Shown here in pieces: positions 48,828 through 56,963 of a DNA stretch of 64,000 nucleotides. The first letter of the stretch is position 1. The number at the start of each line of letters is the position of its first letter. Source of the stretch: a virus (Duplodnaviria > Caudoviricetes); the IMG/VR virus record IMGVR_UViG_2802429351_000001, positions 1 to 64,000 of that record; one strand, 5' to 3'. Under the pieces are notes generated by a model. It worked only from the letters and a program-made list of their open reading frames with translations, did no database searches and had not been told where the DNA came from. The translations under genes and the position numbers were made by a program.

Positions 48828-48950
48828 ATGAAAGATTTAAAACCCTGGGAAATTATAGGCTTAATATATATTGCCTATGCTATATTTTTATTTATGATAG
48901 CCTGGGCCTTAAGTAAGGATAAAAAACCTAAAAAAGGTGATAAAAGGTGA
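48828..48950 (+). CDS. 40-aa single-pass membrane peptide (not in ORF track)
   Basis: MKDLKPWEIIGLIYIAYAIFLFMIAWALSKDKKPKKGDKR*. Confidence 0.45.
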   Translation: MKDLKPWEIIGLIYIAYAIFLFMIAWALSKDKKPKKGDKR

Positions 48951-48970
48951 ATTATTAATTTCTATATTTG
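48946..48970 (+). promoter_or_regulatory. GGTG-N13-TATATTTG promoter 8
   Basis: Exact spacing. Confidence 0.8.
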
Positions 48971-49002
48971 AATAAATTAATAATAAATAAAAATAAGTAA
49001 TT

Positions 49003-49647
49003 ATGGAAAATTCAATTAAAACACCCTTTTGTTATCAAATCACCCAAGATATTATTTGGGAGTACATTGAACTGAAATATGGTATCTTAACCGTAGAAAA
49101 TTCTTTAGGTATAAGCGATATATTTGATCTAGCCAAAAACCTGGAAGAAGATGTACCTCAAAATGATAGGGTTAAACGTAATATATTAATCCTTGCTTTA
49201 TTTGAAAATCCTTGTAATGATTTAAAACTTAACGAGGTAATAATTGATTTAAGGAAACCAATAAATGATCAAATAAGTTGGAGTATAGCATCATATGAAA
49301 AAATTCTTTGGTTAAACTATATAAGTCAACCAGAAGGTTATTATGGGGAATTTAGCATTGAATTTCAGGAAACCGATATAAATCCCAGTATATTTGAAGA
49401 GGCCTTAGAAAAAGGTTTGATTAAACCGGGACCTAATTATTTAGATAAATATTGGGAAATAATGGAATGGTTCTTAAAACCAGTGTCATTTATAGATTGG
49501 GAATCTATAGAAAAAAGTAAAGGTGATACTTTCCTAGATGATGATCAGGTCATAGATATAGTTAAGCAATTAGACTTAGATAGGAAAACCTTAAGTACCC
49601 ATAAATTAAATCAAATTAGAGTACAACTTATAAAAACATTATTATAA
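49003..49647 (+). CDS. Hypothetical protein
   Basis: 214-aa ORF after promoter 8. Confidence 0.65.
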   Translation: MENSIKTPFCYQITQDIIWEYIELKYGILTVENSLGISDIFDLAKNLEEDVPQNDRVKRNILILALFENPCNDLKLNEVIIDLRKPINDQISWSIASYEKILWLNYISQPEGYYGEFSIEFQETDINPSIFEEALEKGLIKPGPNYLDKYWEIMEWFLKPVSFIDWESIEKSKGDTFLDDDQVIDIVKQLDLDRKTLSTHKLNQIRVQLIKTLL

Positions 49648-50258
49648 TGGAACTAGAAAATTTTAAATTCAGAATTACAAGAGAAGCAATAAGAGATCTA
49701 AATGGTTTATTAGGGAGTCTAAGTGATTTAAGTGATACACTTGGCCTTACCGGAAATGAGGATATAATGGTAGAATTTAGAGATCGCCGGGGATTTAATG
49801 AAAGGCCTATTGTTATTATTTATGACCTATATGCAGGGTTAAGTGATTTCCCAACTGGAGAAGAAGCGGCCGGTATAAGGGATTACAGTTATGAGGACCT
49901 AATAGATGCTGGTATAGAAGATGGTAAGGCCATAAGGAAATTGATAGAAAAAGATTATATCGAGAAAGTAGACCCTGATGGGGAATTCCTGTTAGCGGTA
50001 AACGGTATATTCACCTTCCAAGATAAACCTAGCCCTAAATATATTTTAATTAGGGATAAAATACCTATGGATTCTTTACCCGGTATAGGTGAACAATGGG
50101 AACCTGTTTTAAGGTTATTGGATAAAGAGTTTAAGTATTCAATTATAAAAAATTATAAAGAGATTTGTCATAAAAATGAGGATCACTGTAAGACCAATCT
50201 AGAATTTGGATTTAAGGGATTAAGAACCCTAATATTTAAAAAATTGGGGATTTTATAA
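49647..50258 (+). CDS. Hypothetical protein
   Basis: TAATG-coupled ORF. Confidence 0.65.
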   Translation: MELENFKFRITREAIRDLNGLLGSLSDLSDTLGLTGNEDIMVEFRDRRGFNERPIVIIYDLYAGLSDFPTGEEAAGIRDYSYEDLIDAGIEDGKAIRKLIEKDYIEKVDPDGEFLLAVNGIFTFQDKPSPKYILIRDKIPMDSLPGIGEQWEPVLRLLDKEFKYSIIKNYKEICHKNEDHCKTNLEFGFKGLRTLIFKKLGIL

Positions 50259-50284
50259 TAATCCCTAAAAATTATAATATATTA

Positions 50285-50312
50285 CAAAGGCTCTACACTA
50301 AGGGCCTTTGTT
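50285..50312 (+). terminator. Terminator hairpin
   Basis: CAAAGGCTCT-loop-AGGGCCTTTG followed by T-rich sequence. Confidence 0.65.
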
Positions 50313-50419
50313 TGTTTATAGGCCTTAAACCCTTACAAATAAAGGCCTTATAATATATTATATTAAATCAAATCCTTTGGGCTTCCTAGAGCTCGACAAA
50401 AGAAGACAGTTGTTTATAT

Positions 50420-50444
50420 AGTGAATTATTAATTACTATATTTG
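50420..50444 (+). promoter_or_regulatory. AGTG-N13-TATATTTG promoter 9
   Basis: Exact spacing. Confidence 0.8.
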
Positions 50445-50468
50445 AATATAATTAATAAATAAAATAAA

Positions 50469-50693
50469 ATGGAAAAACACCTAACATCTAATGAAATAAA
50501 ATTAATAGGCTTATTAGTTCACTCTTCACAAAACCATGAGCTTATAGAAGAGCTTATCGAAGACTCTTGGGATGAAATGGAAATGGATATTCCCAAGGAT
50601 TTTGATTACGTAGAAGAACTAGAACAACTTAAAAGGTTATTCCCAGACCCTGAAGAGAATGTGTTAGAATATTTAACTATAAAAAACAAATAA
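50469..50693 (+). CDS. Hypothetical acidic protein
   Basis: First ORF after promoter 9. Confidence 0.6.
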   Translation: MEKHLTSNEIKLIGLLVHSSQNHELIEELIEDSWDEMEMDIPKDFDYVEELEQLKRLFPDPEENVLEYLTIKNK

Positions 50694-51181
50694 TGGAAAA
50701 CTCAAATTACACCTTCGAAGATTTCGAAAAAGAAAGAGAACACCTATTACAATATATTGAGGTAGTAGGTAAGAAAGCCCCCAGTAAAGAATTTTGTCAA
50801 ATGTTCTTTAATAGAATTACTAAAGGCTGGGAATTATCCCAGGAAAAATGGAGGGGTGATTTAATAGATTACCATGCTTGGGGTTATGCTTTTTATGGTG
50901 ATATAGATTATAATGGTGAAATCATAGCAAATTCCCTAAATATATGGCATTGGTTATCAGTTTATGGTATAAATGGAACTGACCCAGAGGAAGGTGTTTC
51001 TATAGAGATTACTTATAACCAGTATAGTTTCCTTTGGGATTTATTACAAAAGAACAAAACCTTTAATCAAGGGGTTATAGATAAGGCTCATACTATAAAT
51101 AGGAATACTTCTGGATTAGAGAAAAAAGCCCAGGATAATATAGATATGATTAATAAATTGTTAGATTCATTAACCGAGTAA
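50693..51181 (+). CDS. Hypothetical protein
   Basis: Coupled ORF. Confidence 0.6.
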   Translation: MENSNYTFEDFEKEREHLLQYIEVVGKKAPSKEFCQMFFNRITKGWELSQEKWRGDLIDYHAWGYAFYGDIDYNGEIIANSLNIWHWLSVYGINGTDPEEGVSIEITYNQYSFLWDLLQKNKTFNQGVIDKAHTINRNTSGLEKKAQDNIDMINKLLDSLTE

Positions 51182-51183
51182 TT

Positions 51184-51588
51184 ATGAGAAAGTTATTTAT
51201 ATTAATGGTAGGCCTATTATTTATATCATGTGAGTATATTGGCCCTGGGGAAACAGAAAGGGGTTTTACTACTTATGTATGGTTTAACCCCGATAACCTT
51301 GAAAAAATAGATATATCTGCTTACCCGGATAGGGAGATATATACGGTAGAAAATGGTAATATGTTTAAAATAGGCTGGGAAATACAAGGAATAGATTACC
51401 ATTTAAGGGTAGAATTTCCTGATGGTATTATAGATAAAGTAAACTTTACTGGTACCGATATAAGAAAAGGAGAAGAATATCCCAATGATTCAACATTTAC
51501 CCAGGTACAACCTCAGGTAAATTTATTGGATACACAGGATGGTAAATATCTATTAATAATATATACAGATTGTTATAAATGTCAATAG
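51184..51588 (+). CDS. Lipoprotein
   Basis: MRKLFILMVGLLFISC: basic start, hydrophobic core, lipobox Cys. Confidence 0.7.
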   Translation: MRKLFILMVGLLFISCEYIGPGETERGFTTYVWFNPDNLEKIDISAYPDREIYTVENGNMFKIGWEIQGIDYHLRVEFPDGIIDKVNFTGTDIRKGEEYPNDSTFTQVQPQVNLLDTQDGKYLLIIYTDCYKCQ

Positions 51589-51834
51589 AGATATATCAAA
51601 TATTCGGCGGATTAGAGATTTTAATAATCCTAGTTTTATTATTAATGTTTTTAAAAGAATATCCAAAACTGAGATGAGAAAGAATACACTAGAACCTAAT
51701 AAAAAAGCTATAAAATTATTAAACCATTATAGTAAGAAAAATGCTCTAGCTAAGGCTATATCTAAAAGAAAAGAGATGCCAAAAGGAACTATTGGGTACT
51801 TCTACTGGAAAGATGTAATTAAAATTATAAAAAA

Positions 51835-52050
51835 ATGATTAGTAATATAAGTCCAGAAATAGAAGCAAAAGTATTATCCTGTGTAGATAATATAAAAAGA
51901 AAGAATATACCTAAAGTATTAGGTGTAACAACAGCTTTGGTTAACTATATATTTGCTAAACATAAGATCAAGAGAAAGCCTAATAAGTATGATAAATATG
52001 GTAGGCTAAAAGAAACACATAAAACAATATACCATTATGACAAAGATTAA
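51835..52050 (+). CDS. Small HTH protein (putative)
   Basis: NIPKVLGVTTALVNYIF. Confidence 0.5.
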   Translation: MISNISPEIEAKVLSCVDNIKRKNIPKVLGVTTALVNYIFAKHKIKRKPNKYDKYGRLKETHKTIYHYDKD

Positions 52051-52234
52051 GATGATCACAGTATTTGATCCACTATCAGGTAAAGATATTAATCTACCTT
52101 TACCAACTACTAAGTATGAATTGGTAAAGGCTACTATAAACGATATGAAAAAGGCTAACCCGGGTAAGGATATCAAAATAACCAGGGTTCAAGATGAGTT
52201 AATTTATGAGCCCGTGGACCCTAAAAATGAGTAA
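52037..52234 (+). CDS. Hypothetical protein
   Basis: Overlapping ORF. Confidence 0.5.
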   Translation: MTKIKMITVFDPLSGKDINLPLPTTKYELVKATINDMKKANPGKDIKITRVQDELIYEPVDPKNE

Positions 52235-52238
52235 TACC

Positions 52239-52263
52239 AGTGTTTTTTAATTTCTTATATTTG
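52239..52263 (+). promoter_or_regulatory. AGTG-N13-TATATTTG promoter 10
   Basis: Exact spacing. Confidence 0.8.
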
Positions 52264-52287
52264 AATATAATTAATAAATAAAAAATA

Positions 52288-52533
52288 ATGGAAAATTTTA
52301 TTGTAGGCAAAACAGTATTAAAAGGCATAGATAAACAAACCTTCCAAGACGCAAAGAATTGGTTAGACCAACAAAATGGCTGCCCTTATGATATTGATGA
52401 ACATGTATTAGATGCAGCTAATAATATATCACAAGAAACCGGTGAAACAGTAGTGGAAGTAATAGAATCATGGGCATATAGTTATAATGACCTAATGGCA
52501 GAGAAAGGTTTAAAAGAATTAAATAAACAATAG
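52288..52533 (+). CDS. Hypothetical protein
   Basis: First ORF after promoter 10. Confidence 0.6.
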   Translation: MENFIVGKTVLKGIDKQTFQDAKNWLDQQNGCPYDIDEHVLDAANNISQETGETVVEVIESWAYSYNDLMAEKGLKELNKQ

Positions 52534-52541
52534 TTATAGTT

Positions 52542-53060
52542 ATGGATAAAGGGATACTAAATGCAAAGCTTCTCCAAGATGGGAGATCATTCTGGACAAC
52601 AGACAATGGGTTCACATTTAAAATGCAGGACCAAAAAGGTGAAATCTTAGAAGTAACAGAGGCTTATTATAAGAAAATGCTAACACTGTGGAGAAAGGAG
52701 CAAAAACAATATAAGAAGGCGGGTAAGATTTTGGATAAAACTCATAAAACTATCGAAAAAGGTTTTGAAAAAGCAGAGTCTGAAAGAGTTGAATTTGTAA
52801 AAGCTTTAAAGAAAGGTATACCAGTAAGACCCTTAGGGATAGGTTATGCACATACTGATTTACATGATAATGAGCTTAGGAGTATAGGTCATAAGGCTTC
52901 TCATTATTTACCAAAGGATGAGATTACAATAAACCTAAGAGCACTAGATGAAGAAGCCTTGGATGACCTTAAGTTTATATTAGAAGATCAACTAGGAATG
53001 AAACCAGATGACACCAACGAGAAGGCATTAGATGCTATTAATAACTATAAAGAACTATAA
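52542..53060 (+). CDS. Hypothetical protein
   Basis: 172-aa ORF. Confidence 0.6.
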   Translation: MDKGILNAKLLQDGRSFWTTDNGFTFKMQDQKGEILEVTEAYYKKMLTLWRKEQKQYKKAGKILDKTHKTIEKGFEKAESERVEFVKALKKGIPVRPLGIGYAHTDLHDNELRSIGHKASHYLPKDEITINLRALDEEALDDLKFILEDQLGMKPDDTNEKALDAINNYKEL

Positions 53061-53064
53061 GATC

Positions 53065-53385
53065 ATGAAACACATAAGAGTTAAACTAGCAGAGACAAAA
53101 ACCCAGGTAAATATCCTAACAATAAAGGATAACAATAGTGTTTATCAAACTGTACTGGATAATCAAGAACTACAAAACCTAAAGGATGAGCTAAATATCA
53201 ATAAGGCCGAATCAGAAGATAATCACCTATCACCTGTAAAAATTAGGGCCTTAGCAGAACTAAGAAAGGCATATAGACAATACGAAAACCATAAAAACCT
53301 AAGATATCTAGAATTAAAGGATAACTACCTTAAGATAGGACTAATCACCCAAGCGGATATAACAGAACTACTCCTAAAACAATAA
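53065..53385 (+). CDS. Hypothetical protein
   Basis: In-frame ATG at 53065 just after the previous stop. Confidence 0.55.
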   Translation: MKHIRVKLAETKTQVNILTIKDNNSVYQTVLDNQELQNLKDELNINKAESEDNHLSPVKIRALAELRKAYRQYENHKNLRYLELKDNYLKIGLITQADITELLLKQ

Positions 53386-53390
53386 TAACA

Positions 53391-53897
53391 ATGAAACAAC
53401 CAGTAGAAATAAAGGTAATCAAAACCTTATACAAAGGTAACCAAAACCTAACACAAATAATGTTCACCAATCGCAATAAGGGAGGCATTATAAGTAAACA
53501 ATCCTTAATCACCTTAGATGAGAAAGAACTACAATCACTTAAAAGCCAATTAAACGATAACGGTAAATCTAATAGATTAAGTTATACACCTAACCCTTGT
53601 AAAGGTGAAGCAGATAAAGAAGTTAACCAATGGATAAGCGTGGAAGATAGATTGCCAAATGGTGACACAGAATCCAATGAAACTGAAGTTGAAGTAATTG
53701 GTTATAATGAAAATTGGGTTCATCCAGATTTTAACCCCAATGGAACTAGAGTTTGTTGCATGGATGATTTTGGTTGGTATTCCGCTAGGTGGAATAATGA
53801 ACATACTTTTTACAAAGATGTTAGTCCAGAAGAAGAGGATAATCCAACACATTGGAGACCAATACCAAAATCACCTAATCACCCAAAACACAAATAA
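53391..53897 (+). CDS. Protein with C-terminal DUF551-like domain
   Basis: NQWISVEDRLP....EVEV.G......PTHWRPIPKSP. Confidence 0.7.
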   Translation: MKQPVEIKVIKTLYKGNQNLTQIMFTNRNKGGIISKQSLITLDEKELQSLKSQLNDNGKSNRLSYTPNPCKGEADKEVNQWISVEDRLPNGDTESNETEVEVIGYNENWVHPDFNPNGTRVCCMDDFGWYSARWNNEHTFYKDVSPEEEDNPTHWRPIPKSPNHPKHK

Positions 53898-54088
53898 CAA
53901 TGAATACAATAGAATTAAAAACCAACACACCTATAATAGGTAATCACCAACTAATTATCACAGACGAATGTGATAATGAAACCACCCACAACCTTAGTGA
54001 CTATGAATTAGAACAACTAATCACCCAGGTATCAAACCTAACCAACAACCCAAAAACAAAAATAAATCTTTAAATAAATAAAACAATT

Positions 54089-54895
54089 ATGAGAACACCA
54101 AGGCCAATAGGAACAACAAACATAGGGGCATCAATAAATAATAATCAAGATAACAACCTATTACAATTACATATAATAGATTCATATATCAATAGCAATT
54201 TCACTTACTGTAATAAGGCCATGAGCATAGAAGTATTTGCAAGGTATATAGGAATAGACAGACAGATGATATTAGAAAGGATTACTAATAAGGGTAAAGA
54301 TCTATATCAAATGGTAGACCCAGAACAACAAGGTGATCAACTCAGGGCACTAATTGGAATCACTCTAGGAAATGCACTGACTGACCGTAGCTTAGCTCTA
54401 GAGCAGCATAGTATACTAGCTTCTGAGCAAGGGGGTGTATACAAACCTTTCATTTCCGGAGAGGTCAATAAGGCCCTAAAGCTAGTTATGGAATCCACAT
54501 CCGGAATCCTTAATATCGCCAAATCGCTAGGGGGCAACCAAGGCCTTAATATAACTCTGAACAACCACAATGGCGATAACAACCAAGAGAACCATAATTA
54601 CCTTACTGCCCATCAAGCATTAGAACTTATGCATCAGCAGGCTAAGTTAGAAGACGGCCCCTCGTTGCTGGAAGATCCATCCGCTAAGAAGGCCTTATTT
54701 GAAAAGTATAATATAGGGGCTACTCCTATTGTAAAGGCTAATGAACAACAAGGCCTTGATGATAGTCGAGAGGGCCTTAATTTTAAGGATCTGGCACAGT
54801 TATCAGATAGCAAGGTAGACCGGCCAGCTAAGGCTACACATATAGATAGAAGGGCTAGGGAGATTGAGATAGATCCTGATGAGGATCAGATATAG
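54089..54895 (+). CDS. Conserved hypothetical protein, terminase small subunit candidate
   Basis: HTH-like SIEVFARYIGIDRQMI, helical core, beta segment LNITLNN; abuts the repeat cluster. TerS identity is inference only. Confidence 0.35.
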   Translation: MRTPRPIGTTNIGASINNNQDNNLLQLHIIDSYINSNFTYCNKAMSIEVFARYIGIDRQMILERITNKGKDLYQMVDPEQQGDQLRALIGITLGNALTDRSLALEQHSILASEQGGVYKPFISGEVNKALKLVMESTSGILNIAKSLGGNQGLNITLNNHNGDNNQENHNYLTAHQALELMHQQAKLEDGPSLLEDPSAKKALFEKYNIGATPIVKANEQQGLDDSREGLNFKDLAQLSDSKVDRPAKATHIDRRAREIEIDPDEDQI

Positions 54896-55093
54896 GGCCT
54901 TAAGTCCTTAATACATATTGAAAGTTTTGTTGGGGGTAAAGTACTCGTGGTAGGGCTCTGGGATTAATATCTTAGGGCCTTATTTATGTTGTTTTAGGGC
55001 CCCCAGCAAAGGTGCTTTACTTACGATCTTAGGGCCTTCAATGGTAGGGCCTTATTGTTGAGGTGATTTAGGGCCTTAATAGACTAGGGCCTT
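54893..55093 (+). repeat. Cluster of TAGGGCCTT direct repeats
   Basis: Exact copies at 54893, 54973, 55030, 55045, 55069, 55085; variants TAGGGCTCT at 54951 and TAGGGCCCC at 54995; irregular spacing; non-coding. Confidence 0.85.
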
Positions 55094-55103
55094 TAAGCAG
55101 TCT

Positions 55104-55111
55104 ACGGCCGT
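55104..55111. promoter_or_regulatory. ACGGCCGT palindrome (putative operator)
   Basis: 12 nt upstream of the GGTG of promoter 11; same arrangement at 55722. Confidence 0.55.
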
Positions 55112-55123
55112 AAAGGATAATCT

Positions 55124-55148
55124 GGTGTTTTATTAATTATTATATTTG
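55124..55148 (+). promoter_or_regulatory. GGTG-N13-TATATTTG promoter 11
   Basis: Exact spacing. Confidence 0.8.
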
Positions 55149-55181
55149 TATTATAAATAAATAATTAAATAAATAGAAATT

Positions 55182-55586
55182 ATGAAATCAATTACAGCAG
55201 ATCAAATCCTTAAAAACACCTACACATTAGGCAAAGCATTTAGGGAATTACCAACTAACCTTATAAGTAAACTTTTATCAGATGACCTTAAAACACCTAG
55301 GGATTTAAATTCATTTAACCCCTGGAAAAACTATTTACCAAAAAGGACCTTTTTTCAAACAGAGGGTGATTTAAATGAGCTCTACCTTATGGCCATAAGG
55401 GATATGTTATCACCTTATGATTTGATTAATCCCAGGGTACCAGGTTTTATTAATCTGGTGGATTTTGCAATGGCATCCAGTGATATTATGGGTTATGAGG
55501 AATTTGAGAAACTAGAGGTAGTTCAGGATTGGAAACATGAATACCCTAATATGTTCAAGACACTATTGGTATGGGCTTGGGGTTAA
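55182..55586 (+). CDS. Hypothetical protein (monocistronic)
   Basis: Own promoter and terminator. Confidence 0.65.
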   Translation: MKSITADQILKNTYTLGKAFRELPTNLISKLLSDDLKTPRDLNSFNPWKNYLPKRTFFQTEGDLNELYLMAIRDMLSPYDLINPRVPGFINLVDFAMASSDIMGYEEFEKLEVVQDWKHEYPNMFKTLLVWAWG

Positions 55587-55593
55587 TTTATAT

Positions 55594-55622
55594 AAGGCCT
55601 AGGATTATATCCTGGGCTTTGT
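55594..55622 (+). terminator. Terminator hairpin
   Basis: AAGGCCTAGGA-loop-TCCTGGGCTTT. Confidence 0.7.
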
Positions 55623-55721
55623 TGTGTAAGGATACTGTGTTAGGGCCCAGGAGCAATGGGTGTATGTATATGGCTTGAGGGCCTTATAGAGGATTAACCT
55701 AAAGGCCTTAATACTCCTTCG

Positions 55722-55729
55722 ACGGCCGT
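55722..55729. promoter_or_regulatory. ACGGCCGT palindrome (putative operator)
   Basis: 12 nt upstream of the GGTG of promoter 12. Confidence 0.55.
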
Positions 55730-55741
55730 GGTAGTATTACT

Positions 55742-55766
55742 GGTGAACTTTAATAAATTATATTTG
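55742..55766 (+). promoter_or_regulatory. GGTG-N13-TATATTTG promoter 12
   Basis: Exact spacing. Confidence 0.8.
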
Positions 55767-55790
55767 TATAAATAAATAAATAATTATATT

Positions 55791-55994
55791 ATGGAAAATA
55801 AAAAAACACCTTATCATTATGCTTCAACCAAAACATATCCAAATGCCAAAGTGGGGGATATATTACATGCATCCTCTGGAGCACCAGGTTTTGGTAGAAC
55901 AGAAAATAAAGTTACTGAAATAAAAGGTAATGAGATTTGGGCTATAGAGATATTTAATAATATCCAAATAATGGATCCAGATGACTGTTATTAA
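55791..55994 (+). CDS. Hypothetical protein
   Basis: First ORF after promoter 12. Confidence 0.6.
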   Translation: MENKKTPYHYASTKTYPNAKVGDILHASSGAPGFGRTENKVTEIKGNEIWAIEIFNNIQIMDPDDCY

Positions 55995-56174
55995 CCAACA
56001 CAATTAAATAAATAAATTATGTTAAGATTAAATAAGATACCAACTAACGTTATTATCATAGCCCTAGTCCTAATCGATTTATTAATCACATACATAATCA
56101 TATTTGGAATCCCTACATTCTAAATATAACCTGGGCCCTTATCCCTACATAGGGCCCTCTTATAAAACATTACT

Positions 56175-56414
56175 ATGGAAACATTATATAAGGTTACACT
56201 AATACTAAGACAATTACAATTCCGATCAATATTCCTAAAGGATTTAGATGATGAATTTGAGGATTTAAATGAAAACCTTTTAGATTTCGACATGAGTGTG
56301 TCAGATAGGGTAAAACATTTAGATAATTTCCATGATAAGTATTACAGGGATTACCTTGTATACCTACACAGTATGGACTTTAATGAGCAGGATATAGAAA
56401 ATCTTAGATCATGA
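56175..56414 (+). CDS. Hypothetical acidic protein
   Basis: ORF in operon. Confidence 0.55.
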   Translation: METLYKVTLILRQLQFRSIFLKDLDDEFEDLNENLLDFDMSVSDRVKHLDNFHDKYYRDYLVYLHSMDFNEQDIENLRS

Positions 56415-56605
56415 GAAAGGTATTTTACACGGAATCCGGCATAGGGCTAACATTGCTTAATATAGATTCCATTATCAGGCAAAGGATTATAAATAGGGAC
56501 TACTACCCAAGATGTTTTTCAGAGATGGACAAAGAAGTCTTTAATAAGAAATATGTAGTTCCATATAAGACTACACTAGATAAATTAAAAGGTACACAAG
56601 GTTAG
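56411..56605 (+). CDS. Hypothetical protein
   Basis: ATGA overlap. Confidence 0.5.
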   Translation: MRKVFYTESGIGLTLLNIDSIIRQRIINRDYYPRCFSEMDKEVFNKKYVVPYKTTLDKLKGTQG

Positions 56606-56633
56606 ATTTCTATTGTTTATTTATTTGTTAGAG

Positions 56634-56665
56634 AAGGGGACCTTTTTGCTGGGGGCCCTTTTTTT
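56634..56665 (+). terminator. Putative terminator
   Basis: Imperfect AAGGGGACC/GGGGCCCTT stem plus T7. Confidence 0.55.
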
Positions 56666-56891
56666 GTGTTTTCCCACGAGCTAAGGCATTATTGAAAAGT
56701 TACCTAGAAGGCCCTATTACACAATAACCATAAAGCCTTTGAAGGCCTTCTGGCGCTTATAGCGAATCCCACCAGCTAAGGCGCTTTTAGCAAGTTCCTG
56801 ACGGCACCCTAAAGGAGAAAAAGGGATAAATTTCTTAATAAATTTTATCTATGAAAATATTTTTTTCTATAAGAAAATGAAATAAAAAATA

Positions 56892-56923
56892 TTTGTATGT
56901 AATACTAAAAGGACATATATTTG
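56892..56923 (+). promoter_or_regulatory. Canonical Bacteroidota sigma70 promoter TTTG-N20-TATATTTG
   Basis: TTTG at 56892-95 and TATATTTG at 56916-23, 20-nt spacer (consensus 19-21). Confidence 0.8.
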
Positions 56924-56963
56924 TAATGTAATTAATTAATAAACAAATAAATATTTTAACATT

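Noticed and set aside
54893-55093. Possible CRISPR or mini-array
   Set aside because: The repeat is only 9 nt, the intervening lengths are irregular (about 6-50 nt), and there are no cas genes.
56670-56830. Possible tRNA/ncRNA in GC-richer non-coding DNA
   Set aside because: No cloverleaf, T-loop GTTCRA or acceptor stem found; kept only as context for the 56964 cassette.
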